Shown: piece by piece, positions 37,401 to 50,770 of the stretch
How positions within the stretch are numbered: the stretch's first letter is position 1
How the letters are laid out: every line of letters begins with the position of its first letter
Origin: Callorhinchus milii
Lineage: Eukaryota
DNA: 64,000 nucleotides
Assembly: GCF_018977255.1 (NCBI RefSeq)
Contig: NW_024704742.1
Location: forward strand, 45,696,001 to 45,760,000
Direction of reading: 5' to 3'
Notes under the pieces: generated by a model
Databases searched by the model: none
What the model was told of the DNA's origin: nothing
The model's input: the letters and a program-made list of their open reading frames with translations, nothing else
Position numbers and translations under genes: made by a program

Positions 37401-38600
37401 AGGGGCACAAATTCCAGCTGGGTCTTGATTTTCGTTATTCATGTTGCATTTTAGAATGGCCAGAATTTGTCACATTCTTAAATACAGCCCGAATTTTGAA
37501 ACTGATTTTCCGTAAATTCTCTTAGGAACTACAGAACAAACGATTCAATGTTAAGACTGAAATCATCAATTTGCCAAATTCTGGAAGTTCTGAAATGCTA
37601 CATAAAGAAAACAACCGTAGACTCTGTTTATTTGATCCTGTTCAACGTATTGTTTTCGGTAATGTGGAATTCGGCCATTTCTGGATCTCATACAGACGTC
37701 ACAGTGAAATTCAACAGCATTTTATAAATGTTGGTGTTAGTATCCATGATGATATCCCTCAAAGTCTGGATGTTTCTTTCTTTTATCTTCGTATTACACA
37801 AAGTTCGTTTTTCTTAATTCAATTAATCTCTACCAGGTCCAATAGATTTCCCTTTGAGCATCTCTTAACCCTTCTGTTTAGAGGACAAAGGTTGCTACTT
37901 AAAATTCTGTGGATGTTCTCAGGAAATGTCATTCATTTGGCATCTCTCCCGAATCACTGCTCAATTTGATCCCTTTGCACAGCCCTGTGCAAAGCTAGGC
38001 TCTGGCATCAGGGAGTTCATTACATGACAGGCATAAATTTACCTAAAGGTAGAAAGCTGCCGGCTTGCAAATTAAGTTTTAAAAGTCGACTGCAAAGCAG
38101 ATTAGACAATATTTTATTTCGATCGTCATTTGTAAAGGAGATCGGAATGAAATATTCTCAAGTTTGCATTAACTTCCAATAAAACCTTTCAGAAAATAAG
38201 GAGAAGAAATTCCACCAAGTCTAGACTTTCCCAGTTTCTTAGCATTTCAGAGCATGTAGCATATGATAAATTCCTAAATTCTGTGTTAATTTTTAAATTA
38301 CATTATTCTAATCCTTCAAAGAACCTACAGAAAAAAAGGCTAAAGAATTAAGATTGCATTTCTTCTGGAACTCTCTTACCAAGTCCCTCTACCTTACCTT
38401 TCCCTTTCAGCTATGAATAGCTATTTAAAAATCGACCTCTTTTACTGTACTGTCAGTCACCTCCCACTCCCCCCTTCAAATCCATTTGGTCTCCATCCTA
38501 GCAAATTTTTGCTGTGTTTAACAATTTGTCAAATTCTGAAAGTTTCTGAAATTCTGTGACATAAGTGTAGTTGATAGTGTAACAGGTGAAATTTCTCCCC
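37401..38600. mobile_element. Degenerate fold-back / long-TIR non-autonomous element; right arm interrupted by an L2 tail (about 38360-38500)
   Basis: 37461-37496 matches the rc of about 38502-38538, and 37506-37600 matches the rc of about 38235-38335. Termini are ggggcacaaattccagctg / caggtgaaatttctcccc. Confidence 0.65.
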
Positions 38601-38939
38601 ATTAATTCCTATTTGCTCCTCCAACTGAGAAGCACACACATTTTTTTCAATACGTTTGGAGTTTTGGGGCATTTATAGGTCTTTGATCTTGGTTTGGATC
38701 ATGTGCTAAGTTTGGTTCAATTTACCCAGGAAACAGAGGTATAGCTGTTTTGCACAACACCAACCCCATTCCCACCCCCCCGCCCCCCCCACAGCCCACC
38801 CCATCAGTTCCCCCCAACACACTTTCCCTATGGCAGCAACATTTCTGTCTGTCACTGTTCCTGTCGTTGGATACCAAATGCAAAGAGTTCTTGCATCGAA
38901 AATAGGCAACAACTGATTGGCTGCTTAATCATCCTCCAC

Positions 38940-40403
38940 ATTCACCCCCAGTCCTCCCCCAATATATTCTATATTCCTCACATCATCTGCTCCTGCTTCT
39001 ACCATTAGCCCACTCTACACTCCTTTGCCCCCATTTCTCTCTCATTCTCACAACCATCATCACATATTTGAAGACAACCACCTGCTACCTTGACACTCTC
39101 CTCACCCAACTCCTGATCACCCAATTCCCCTCCTTTGACTCCTGGTGGTGAACAGCCAGCCTTCTGTCCCTCTCATCGGCAATGTCCCTTTCCTCCTCAA
39201 AACCACTGCTATTTCCCCTTTCAAATAAAATAACTTGATACTTCAAATTTCACAAGCTATCAGTCCATTTTAAACTTGCCCTACATCTCCAAAGTCTTCC
39301 AGAGTCCTGGAACATGCTGCTGCCGAACAACATTGTTTATAGCTTTCCCTCCACTCCCTACTTGAGCCCCTTCAGTCTAGGTACTACCCTGCCCACATCA
39401 TTAAGACAGAGCCCATCAAAGTCACAAAGTATGTCCTCTCTATCTTTGGTCCTCTCCTTTTTCTCATATTCTCTCTCAGTGATGTCATCCACAGACATGG
39501 GGTCAACTTCCATATATATGCAAACAACACACAAATCTACTTTTCCTCCTCCATCTGTGACCCCAGTTTTCCTGATGCTCTGTCTGCTTGCTTATCAAAC
39601 ATCAATGCCAGATGATTGTTAACTTTCTGCAGCTGAATGTTTACAAGATGGAAACCATACCCCCTTCAACATCTTCTCATCTGTGGCTTTAGCTTCCTTA
39701 ACCTCCTTGCCTATCCCTCAGATTTACTGAACCTATGGGCAACCTAAGCATCAGGTTCCATCCCTACATCCATTCCCTGACCAGGGCCACTTTCTTCCAC
39801 CTGCATCACCACCACCAACAACAACTTCCATTTATATAGCACCCCTCACAAAGTTTAGTATCTCAGAGCACTTGCCTCCGATCATCCCTCACATCTAACT
39901 TAGCTGAACGCCTTATCAGTTAATTTGTTATCTCCTGCATTGATTTTTCTAACGGCCTACTTGCCAGACTCCACAGCTCCACCATTTGAATATCCAATTA
40001 ATTCAAAATTCTGCTGCCATATTCTCATGCAAAACAAATTCTGTGCCCCATCACTTCACTGGCTCCCTTTTGCGAAAAGGAACAGTTTCAAGATACTCTC
40101 ACTCCCTTATAAATCACATCATGCCCTGGCACCTTCCTACTTCTCTGACCTGCTTACAACCCATCCTGTATCTGCCCCCTTGTCCTCTCCGCTCCTGTCC
40201 ACCATTGGTTGCTGTGCTTTCAGCCTCAATGCCTTTGCCTTGCCCTCTCCGTGTTGTCTTCAGATCACACCTGAAAACCTTCCTCTTTGACTGTCATCTC
40301 CCATCCTTCCCTGGCTCGATGTCAAGCTCTGCCACTATTAAGCCCTCCAACATGCTCCTCTGTGTGAAAGGTGCTATATAAATGCAAGTTGTGTTTGTTG
40401 TTG
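38940..40403 (+). mobile_element. Old degenerate L2 LINE
   Basis: ttccatatatatgca, ttctgcagctgaat, IQLIQNSAA, LHWLP, HLKTFLFD and the tail gtgaaaggtgctatataaatgcaagttg. Confidence 0.85.
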
Positions 40404-41169
40404 TACAATTCCTATGGTTCTTCTGAAACTGAAACCATTCTGAATCTGAGATATATTGAAGCACGTCCTGAAAAATAAAATAGGATTGCTACCATTATAT
40501 GATATGGGGAACGTATTAATATCAGAGCATCTTCAAACAAGTCATACTTTTCGGCAGTAACATTACTGGTAAAAAATCTAACCTTCTTTTGTTCATTTTG
40601 AGTACAAGGTCTTTCAAATTGATTTCAACAGCATCTAACAAGAAAACACATTTGTAGTGACTTATGAAGAACACACAGTCACTGCCACATGGTGGTAGAT
40701 TGATTCTTTCGTGTCTATTTATAACACTATGGTAGACCTTGCTCTACTCCCTGAGGATAAGCAAAAGGTTTCAAATTGACCTGTTACCTCCAGAAGCATT
40801 AATATCAATAGATTTCATTGATATTTCTCTCTGTATCTGGCTGATTTCCAAATGTTCTTTATGCTGTACTGTGACTTCACAGTCTCCTGAAGTTATCAGG
40901 TAATAGTTAAAAATGCAGAAGAATTTCTCTTTGTGCCCAGATCAGTAGTGAGACTGTTATGCTTTGAGGGATACTTCCAATGTGAAATGCGCTATACAAA
41001 TGTAATTTCTATTGTATTGTAACACAATCTGCTTAATTTCCCATTTTAATGGCAAGCAAACTCTCACACTTGCTCATAAGGACAAATCTGTATATTGATT
41101 GTATCTGTACAAGTATAATTTGTAATAATTGCATCTTCAACTAATAACAATAATGTATTTATTACTAAT

Positions 41170-42290
41170 TCTCTCCTTGTCCACTGGCACCATTTCCACC
41201 CCTTTAAAAACGGCCATCAACACTCTTATCCTTAAAAAACCCTCCCTGGACCCATTCCTGCTTTCAAACTACTGCCCCATCTCCAACATCCCTTTCCTTT
41301 CCAAAGTCCTGGAATGAGTTGTTGCTTTTCAGCTTCGCTCCTTCCTCTCCCGCCACTCCCTTCACGAATCCCTCCAATCGGGTTCCTGTGCCACCGACAG
41401 CACAGAAACAGCTTTGGTCAAAGTGACAAATGACATTCTGTCCATCTATGACCAGGGCTCCCTCTGCCTCCTCGTCCTCCTTGACCTCTCTGCTGCCTTC
41501 AATACCGTTGACCAATTTATCCTCCTCCACTGCCTTTCCTTTCAACTCAACCTTCATAGTTCTTCCTTGAATGGTTCAGATTATACCTCTCACACCACCT
41601 CCACTTCATCTCCACAAATGGTTTCTCCTCTAGCCGCACAACATCTGGTGTGGTGTTCCTCAGGGCTCTGTCTTTGGTCCCCTCCTCTTCAATATCTATA
41701 TGCTCCCTCTTGGTGACATCATCCACAGATATACGCCTTGTCTACACCTGGATCCATAGGCTACAGATCATCCAGAACCCTGCAGCCCATGTCTTCTCCC
41801 GCACCAGGCTCTGTGACGCTATAATCCTCATCCTCGCCCAACTCCACTGGCTTCCCATCATACAAAGGATACAGTTCAAGATCCTGGTCCTCATCTTTAA
41901 AGCCTTTTATGACCTAGCTGCCCCCTACCTCTGCAATCTCTTACCTACCAACCTGCCCGCTCCTTCCGCTCAGTGGTCTCCAGCCTGACTCATGTCTCCC
42001 GCTTTGCCCGCGCCACCATTGGCGGGCGGGCCTTCAGCACTCTGCCTCCACCCTCTAGAACTCTATCTCACAGTCCCTCCCCCTCGCCCGCTCCTTTGCC
42101 TCCATTAAGACTCATCTCAAGACCCTCCTCTTCGACCGTACTTTTGATCACCCTCCTTCTCCCCCCACACTCCACCCTCCCTAATCCCAATCCCCAGCTC
42201 GAGTCTGAAACACTGACTGTCCAGTACCTTGGGACATCCTCCCAATGTGAAAAGTGCTATACAAATGTAATTTTGTTGTCGTTGTTGTAA
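41170..42290 (+). mobile_element. L2 LINE RT-to-tail fragment with an internal deletion
   Basis: Peptides LKKPSLDP...NYCPISNIPFLSKVLE, VKVTNDIL...LLDLSAAF and LHWLPIIQRIQFKIL. The FH.YADD-to-AAETL segment is missing near 41740. TTG-type tail. Confidence 0.93.
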
Positions 42291-42371
42291 TTGTAGTTCT
42301 TACAAACCATACCAAAATCGAAGGGTTTAATATATTCCAATCGCTAAAATAAATGATCTTTATTTGGCTTT

Positions 42372-42675
42372 CTGTCTTTGTAATGGTTTTAAAGCTTATG
42401 AAGTTTTAGTGGAAAAGATCGTGATTAATGATTATTGTAGGCTGGACTCCCAGGGTGAAGATGAGTGAGTTGGTTCACTATCATGTAGAGATGTTCTGAT
42501 AATCGATTACATCTTAAACATTAAACCATTGTAAAGAGACAATGCATTTTCTGAATCAAGTGGCTGCTAATGGCTAGTTATGAGGTGTGAGATGGCTGTC
42601 AGCTCAGGAAGTCGAGGATCCAGGTAGTCCCAGTATGGTAAAGGGACTGTGGATCACTCGGGGCTAGTCATTGCT
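42372..42675 (+). other. Two adjacent long stem-loop structures
   Basis: Arms tctttgtaatggttt/aaaccattgtaaaga and aatggctagtt/ggctagtcatt. The second pair encloses cgaggatcca..agtccc/gggact.tggatc.ctcg. Confidence 0.6.
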
Positions 42676-43134
42676 GGAGGAACCAGGTGAGGTGAAGCAA
42701 CAAGGATTTAATTTGACATAAACCCAGATTTCAGAGGCACTTGTCTTCTTTTATGGGAAAGAATTGAATGAAGCAGATTCCAAGCATCAGCTTATCTACA
42801 CTACGGGAATTTACTTTCATCTAGGAGGAATTTTGACAGTGTTTTCTTTTTCTCTTTCTCTTGTGATATGCCAGTCCCACATGGCTTATTGCCTTTACGA
42901 TCAATAGCTCAGCAAGGAAATGAGGTCAGTCATAAGTGGTATTCTGTGACATTCAGCCAGTTTTACTCTGAATTGTGAGTAGGTAAAGACCATGTGTTAT
43001 GACCTATGTGAATGGACTGTTGTGGTTGAGGTTGATAGCGGACTTCAGAGGAGGACCAGGGTAAATAGGGTTGTGTTTTCCCTCTTCTCCAATGCAGTAC
43101 AGAAGGATGTTCTTATTTTATTTGCACATGGTGA

Positions 43135-43375
43135 CCCGATGCTCTGGAACTCCCTTCCTCACTCCCTTCGCCTCACCCTCTCTCTTCCCACTTTCAGGTC
43201 TCGGCTGAAGACCTTTCTTTTCGACTGCGCCTTTGGTCACCTTCCTCCCCTTTGGCTGATTTTATTTTCTTACACCCTCCCTCTGGCTCGGCCCCGGGAT
43301 CCATTGCTGTGAAGCGCTCTGAGACGCCATCCAGCATTGAGGGTGCTATATAAATCCAAGTTGTTGTTGTTGTTG
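43135..43375 (+). mobile_element. L2 3' end
   Basis: Peptide LWNSLPHSLRL...FRSRLKTFLFD, a tail stem-loop and (TTG)n. Near-identical to 11814-11920. Confidence 0.9.
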
Positions 43376-44611
43376 ACACATAGTTAATCACTACCTTTGC
43401 ATCTCTCTCCATAACATTGCTTGATCATGTTCTTCCATCTTACTCTTTTAGGTTGTAAACAATCTGCCATTTAATTCTAGCCTTTTTGTATTAGTAATTT
43501 GTTTTGTTTTGTCAGAAATAACTTAAACATATTAACCTAAGATTTTGGGAGAAATAACAATTGCAATGTAATGTTTCACAACTTTGTTGCAATGCTTCTT
43601 TGAAAGAGTCAAGGAAAATATTTTACCAACCTATTTATCAATGCATAAGACTATACAATGACATAGGTAACAATGCAATCATTTATTTTGCTTTATCAAC
43701 TTTCTTTGCTTTTAGGTCAATTCACATCAAACCGACAGCATGGCACAGTCAGCTAGCAATGTCGGTTTCTGAAACTTGGATTTGAAAGCGAAGAATGTTT
43801 GACAGCTGTAAAGGTCCAAAATGAGATGAGGTTCAACAGTCTCAATCCGTTCCTAACATGAGTGTGTCCACAACACAAAAGTGTCTACAATTGGGCACAA
43901 TTAATCACTGGATTGGCAGACTCACAGAAAGGTGGCTGGCGTGGGAAATAGAAAGTTTATTTTGATACGATAAAGTGGTGCATCTCTGAGGTCAGAGGTT
44001 AAAACACTGTGTTGAGCCAGACCAGAAGGAGCTTTACTTTGAATCTGATCTGTCTTATTCCTGTCCTGGGCTTTCCCAGTGCTGGCGTTGGATGTTTAAA
44101 ATAGTTACAATGTTTTGCTTTCCAGATTGACGTTCTTAAGAGTACCAGAAACATTCACAAAAACTGCATTGTAATTCCTGTATTTGTATTGCCGCACATT
44201 TATGGCCAGACCATGGAGATTTCCAAATAGCCTGAAACTGGAATTAAGTGAAGCTCGGAAGATGACCACAAGCTCCATATTTAACTAATTTCCGTACTTC
44301 TTTACACACACTCCAATTAAATCAGGTAATTTTCACTGCGAGAATGTTGCTAGTGAGAAGTTCATTCCTGACCCAGGTAAATAAAGCAAGCCAGGGTGTA
44401 ACCTCATGATCATTACCATGTGATGTCCTCCCGACATGAAAGCACTGAATAAATGTAATTTGTTTCTGTTGTTTTAAGTGGTTAAACTCCAACAGTATGC
44501 GATGCATTCCATTATAATACAGTAATAATAATCCTTGCATTTGATATAGTACATTTCATGTCAGGAGTTAGTCTCAAAGTGCTTTATTTGTATTTTGTGG
44601 ACAAATGTGAC

Positions 44612-44672
44612 TCCAGAAACAGGGACATTTCCATGTGTAGGTGATATACATGTGTGAAAAACTCAGTCTGGT
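44612..44672 (+). repeat. Family X fragment
   Basis: atttccatgtgtaggt is shared exactly with 36177-36192, then ...catg...gaaa..ctcag. Confidence 0.65.
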
Positions 44673-44964
44673 CAGGATAATCATAATTTTTTAAAAATTC
44701 CAAATTTGGATAAATTGAGAAAAGTTCTGCCTTTTCTCACTCTGCAAAAAATACAGAATTCTTGATTAGCATTAATTACAAACACAGGGTGAGATTAAGA
44801 GCTGTTTTTTAACACAAAGAATTTTTAGAACATTTTACGACGTGGAATACCCTACTTAGAAACAAGATTGTGGCAAAATCTATATTAGCCTTTAAAAAGG
44901 AATTAGATAAATATCTGAAAAGTAGTACATAAAAGTGGTTGGAAAAAGCAACAGAATGGGATTA

Positions 44965-45357
44965 TAGTAAATAATAAGAGGTTTGGCATTCGATATAATG
45001 CTTTAATACAATGTCAAAGCATTTCAAAACAATGCAGTGACTATGTATTTTGTAGGCAAAAGCAGCAACAAATTTGTACATAGTAATGTCCTACAAGCAG
45101 CCAGGAAATTAATATTCTGGAGGATTGTTGACCAGGAAAGTAGAAGTAGCTTCCTTGTCCGCTTAAATAGCACCAAGGAATCTTTAGTGTCCTTCTGAAA
45201 AGAGGGATGGGGCCCTGGTTTAACGTGTCATCCAGGGGACGTCAATGCAGCTCTCCCCATCACTTTTAAGTGTCAACCTAAGCAATGAGCTACAAGTCCT
45301 GAAGTGGAACTTGAATCCACAACTTTCTGACTCAGAGGTGAGATATCTACCCACTGA
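44965..45357 (-). mobile_element. Older Deu-SINE
   Basis: rc head ...cacctctgagtcagaaagttgtggattcaagttccac and the Deu core. Confidence 0.75.
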
Positions 45358-45361
45358 AGCA

Positions 45362-45636
45362 AGAGTACCCGGGTTTGATTCCCGGGCTGGGCAAAACCTT
45401 AGGCGAGTTTCCTTACTCCACCCGGCTCTGTTTACCTAGCAGTAAGTTAGCTGGGAGTGATAATCGCTTCTGAAAATAATAATTTGGTGGGACACTGCTG
45501 TGCGCAATTGGCTACTGTGTTTTACCTACAAAATATACATTTAATTCACTTGACAGTATATTCTGTGAAGCGCTTTGAGGCGTCTTAAAGACATGATAAG
45601 GTACTATATGAAATGCAAGGATTATTATTATTATTA
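45362..45636 (+). mobile_element. tRNA-Deu-L2 SINE, 5'-truncated
   Basis: gggtttgattcccggg...gtttccttactccac, the Deu core and a TTA tail. Confidence 0.85.
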
Positions 45637-46689
45637 AATGGATAGCATTTCAAGGAGCTAGCTTAGTGAATCAAATGCTACCCTTCTATGCTACAGATTT
45701 ATTTGATTTTATCCATTTACAATGTTCTGCCCCACTTGGTGATTCAGTATTACTTCTTCAGAATTATTTTAGCTGTTTTGCAGCTTTTACATCCTAATTG
45801 CATATCTATGAAACTGCAAAAAATGTGATAGATATACATTTTCAGAGTATGTTTTGCATCAGGATTTTATGTACTTCTGAAGTAAACTATACTATAATTA
45901 CCTTCAATCAGTGCATTCAATGTGATTGCAATATTATCTGTGGCAATACAACTGTCAAAATACTGAAAGGAGATCACTCATGCGAGAAGCACAGAAAAAA
46001 ATGAATGATGTTGATAGCTGCATTGCTTGCTCATGAACATGACATTGGTGTGATTCAACTATGGTGATCCACAATAATCAACCAGTGGACTTCCAATAGA
46101 CTATAGCCAGAAGGTTATCGCAGCACTGACAAATGTAGTTTGGACTTAAAGACTGTGCATGTATCAATTTTTATTGGAAATGCCTCCACTTCTTTTTGCA
46201 GCAGGCAATGTTTCTTTTTAGCCTTTTATAATAATTTTGAAAAACTAAAGCAGAATCCCAAAGCAATCACATTTGAGTTGTTACTAAATAATGTCTAAAG
46301 CACTGTATTATCTGCAGTAAATTATTGTTGAAGGTCATTAATTATTTTCTTGAATGACTGTATTTGTTCATCCATTCTCTGTGTTCAAAGAGTTATGAAT
46401 ACAACAACATAATTACATTTGTAAAGCGCTTTTCACTCTGGAGGACATCCCAAATACAACAGCAAATAGAGTCTTGACAAAATTTCAGCTCTGAACACTA
46501 TTAAAACTGATACCTCAGACTTGGGTACCTCAGAGTGTTCATTTCAAGGCCATCCTCTTTATTGTATCTATAATATCATTAGCATTTCTCCTTCATTACG
46601 CAATAGAATGACACTTGGTTAAATGCAGCACTTGTGTGTGTTTGTTTGTGTATGTGCTTTCTACTTTCTTCTGACAATCTCCAAATGTT

Positions 46690-46975
46690 AAAGGAATGAG
46701 CTATGCGCAACCATTAGACAAGCTAAGGCTCTTTAGTCTTGAGAGAAGATGACTCAGAGGGGATTTCATAGATGTGTATAACATTTTAAATAGGATTATA
46801 AAAGAAAAACCAAGAGCAATACTTTAGGATGCATGTAGACAGCTTAGAGTTGCAAAGGGCAGTTTCAGGACAGATACCAGGATGTTTTTCTTCACCCAGA
46901 GAGTATTCAACGACTGGAAGGATGGGTGAGGCCAGGACACTGGAGACATTTAAAAAGAAGTTTGAAGCTGGAATT
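46690..46975 (+). mobile_element. Old CR1 3' fragment
   Basis: tttagtcttgagagaagatgactcagaggggat (FSLERR.LRGD) and ttcttcacccagagagt. Confidence 0.75.
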
Positions 46976-47014
46976 CGAGGTCAGTACAGTGGGTATTAAT
47001 AACACTTTTGTTCC

Positions 47015-47525
47015 CATCAGTTTGACTCAGTTTGGAGTATTCACCTCTTGATTGTAGTTTCAAGCCCCATCTTGGCACGATGACATTGAGGTCATAGTTC
47101 AGACTGACATTTAGTGCTCATTTCAATGTCAAAAATGGAGGCTCCTCATTTGGCTTTTTAAGTGGACATTAAAGATCCCAAAAGAAAATAGAGTTTCGCC
47201 TGATGTTCTCATGTAAATGATGCTGTAGATAAACTGATCATTCACTTTATGACTTTTTGCAATCTTAACATGTGCAAGATCTCAAGAACGTCTTTGATGA
47301 CAAAGGCTCTTGGGCTCAATTGATCTCATCCTTCCAGAATATCTACCCTACTGTCCCATCATAGTGTGAAACTGTTTCGTAAATGAGTCCAGAAGCCTTT
47401 GGTTTCATCTGAAGGACAGCACCTCTGAAAAAGCAGCATTTCCCATTACAGCACCAAAATGTCAGCCTAAATTATGAGCTCAAAATCTCTGAAGCGAGAC
47501 TTGAACCAACAATCTCCTGATTCAC
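47015..47525. mobile_element. Degenerate Deu-SINE fragments (+ at about 47015-47280, - at about 47395-47525)
   Basis: gtggacattaaagatccca on +; gaaggacagcacctctga...gtcagccta...acttgaacc on -. Confidence 0.6.
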
Positions 47526-49849
47526 CTCATTATTTCTAAAAGTTGTAAATAGGACTTGAAGAAGGTAACATATGATTTCAGAATGATAGTCATTTATACA
47601 CAGAAAGGATTGTAATTATGTGAGCAATTAAAAACTCAAAGAAACAATCATTAACCACACAGAGAAGCATAAAGCCAGGAAATGATTGAGCACCTGGGAG
47701 GTAACCGAATAACGGTAAGTTAAAGTATGAATAAGAGTGTTTGGGGCATGCACGTAATACCAGCAATATCAGGCATCTGAATCATGCTGTAACTTTCACA
47801 TGTGAGGCACAAATAGAGAATAAATAATTACTTTATGTGATAAATGTTGTTGAAATTAAAATCTTGGACTTTGACAGATTACTTAGGGAAGAAATTGAAG
47901 ATTATTAGAACCTTAAATCTGTATTAAGATTACAGTTGCCTAAGTGAAGATTAGTGACTAAAATGTAATAATAAGAAACAGATTTATTTTCAGATCACAG
48001 TGCAACATGATCATGACGCAGAATACATATGTGTGAATATCTAGATTTTGACAAATTATTTATACATAGCCCAAAGACCCCACTAGCAATGAAAAGCATG
48101 AAACAACATCCGAGCATTTATATAGCCACCCCACAGCCTTTCCACACCATAGTATTTCTGATCACTGCTTGTACACCTGGAAATGAAAGCATTCTTTTGT
48201 ATTAATCACCCCACCATCCCCCACCCAATCATTTTTGATATTTTCTGATACCACATGTACTATCTGTTAAAACAATACATTTTTCTTAATATAATGTATT
48301 CAATGTATCATTTATTGTTGTGTACTGTGTTAATCAGAGATGGGATCATTGGTAATGTGATCCATTCGAAAACTGTGATGTTGACATTGTCAGTCTACAT
48401 CTCCAGGTCTTATTGTCCTTATTCGGGGAACTCCATAAGAATACAAGCAGAATGAAGTGTGGCACAAAAGAATGGCAGGGAAGATAAGTAGTCGAGAAAA
48501 TGAAAAACAGGTCAGATTTGAAGCTACCACCTACAGACATAATAAAATCAAAACTGAAGAACAAAATGGCAGAAAGCAATTGGAAAGAAAGCAATTGTCT
48601 GTCTGTGAGTGTGTGGGAGGGAGTTCAGCCCATGCACAGAAGTACTGCAAATTAGTTTCAGCAGTGGCACATTAGACCTGTAAATTACTGCGGCAAACCT
48701 TACATGTTAGTTTAATGTAGAATAAGTAACTTTTAAGTGTAGTAATTGTTGCTCTTCAAAAAAAAGGATTTGACAGGTTTGTTATGCAAGTGGAAATTGA
48801 GGTGTGGAGAGCTCTAGATCAAGATCAAGATGATGATAACCTGGTACAAGTGCAAGATTGGATGGGAACACTGTGAATGTGAATATTTATATGTGAAGCA
48901 TAGGACAGAAATTACTGACTACAGCTTAGATCCAGAGATTTATGATTAGAAATATATGGGTTATAAACATTTAACTGTCTCTAATTTCTGCTCTATAATA
49001 TATGCCACAGGAATACTATATTTTGAAATGAACTCACAGAACATCAAGTCATATCAATCTGCCAGGATGTTTCACAGAAGGAAAGTCTTTTTACTGTAGG
49101 AATAATGATGATTTGCTGATTCTTCATTTTATGTGCTCCATGTTTCACATTCTCATTCTCTCAGTATTCATAACTTCATTGTTAGAACTGTAGTTGCTCT
49201 CTTTAAGGCAGTGCCTTGATTATTTTGAAAGTAAGTCGTCTGATAATGTATTCATACTGGGAAGTTTTTCCCTGTAATCCTGGATACTTCTGGATTACAT
49301 AACAGAATAGTGCTTTAGTATCGCACTATTTATAACAGGACTGAAGTCCTATTCTCACCCTGGCAAATTCAAGAATTGTAATTACTTTCAGTGGAAACCC
49401 ACAGGCCATTTGGGAAGAGATAGATGCATTCACCTTCCTTTTGAGAATAACTGAGTTGGTGGTTAGTTTGACTCAAACTAATTAATTGATGATTTAATTA
49501 CCAGGCCATCAAAGTTCCAGCCTATGTATAAATAATGAAACATCAAGTGCACACATTTATCTTTCTGTTAACATTATAGACAAGATTGAGCTTTAAAGCT
49601 GAAGTCAATGTTATCTTTCCCAGGCTGAATCCATTGGTAACCATTCAGTTTGCAAGACATTACTCACCTTACACCTTAACACTCAAAGGAATGAAACAAA
49701 CAAACAAACATGCTTTTGGAATTTTGGAAACGTGCTTGAAGATGGAAAGAAAATTTGCACTATAATAACTTAAATCAATATACTTTCCTCAAAAAGTCTG
49801 TTCTAAATACTCCTTCATGTTGCCTGTTAAGCATTTTGAGACATCCACT

Positions 49850-50197
49850 TATTTTGGTCAGCCGGCTGTCTGACACGTGTGTAAACCCATCACTATGCTT
49901 AAGAATATCCAAGTCAAGCTGAGAATTGCATGCACCCCAGCTACACATGGACATTTCAGAAATGTTTTTTGGAATGAAAAGTGCACTCTCTCCCTGGAGG
50001 GCCACATCCTGTTTACCTAATTCCAGAAGTTTTATGTGCAGGTTTGCATGAGCCAAGGTTTGGGTACACCAAGGTGTGCTTCGGGGTACTGTTGGAGTCT
50101 AACCAGCTAAAACCGCATAGGTTGCCATTAAGAGCACTGCCTAACAGGCTTTCCCACTGCTTGTCCAGCTAGGACCATCCTACCCTGCAAGTTTCAC
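49850..50197 (-). repeat. Family X, inverted copy of the 3' half
   Basis: Reverse complement aligns colinearly with about 35935-36285 (gggtaggatggtcctag.tggacaagcag; gttttag.tggttagactcca.cagtacccc; ccctccag; tccatgtgtag; ctcagcttg). Confidence 0.88.
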
Positions 50198-50770
50198 ATA
50201 ACTCATACTTTGCATCAGTCATATTAAACCAACTGATATGACATATGTGACGTTTACTGTATAATAATTGCAAGAATATTATATTGTTAATACTGTTTTT
50301 TCATTATTCTGTCTATATTTACATAATACAAATAAAGCACAGAAGTTGTGCAGAATTCAATGTTAGCCCGTAAAATCATAGTTTGTAACCAGTGAATAAG
50401 CTGTATTCCTATACTTCCCAGGAATAAAAGCTTGCGTGGGCATGTGACTTTTACCAACTGGATTCTTCAGGACAAATTATTTCCTCTATCTCATACTATA
50501 GGACAACCCTGCCTCCCTCGCAGAACAGTGTAGTTTTATTTAAAAATATGACTTATCGACTAGTCTAAAATCACTTTAACTGGTGATGGGTTTGAGACTA
50601 ATCCCTCAACCTCCACCCACCAATCTTGGTAGAATGATTTGGTCTGAAGCTATTTCAAAATTGTTTGTCTGTCATCTTAGAATCCAGTTTAGGCTGATGA
50701 ACCCCATACACATTTTATTGATCTTGGAGGAGCATGCGAGTACAGTTTTACAGAATATTAGTTATGTGGA

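Noticed and set aside
37600..37860. Minus-strand peptide faintly like a hAT dimerisation domain (NIYKMLLNFTVTS)
   Set aside because: It has multiple stops and no clear ERxFS motif. The region is better explained as part of the fold-back element.
48430..48675. Purine-rich 72-aa ORF as a coding exon
   Set aside because: There is an in-frame stop just upstream, no convincing splice pair and no recognisable protein similarity.
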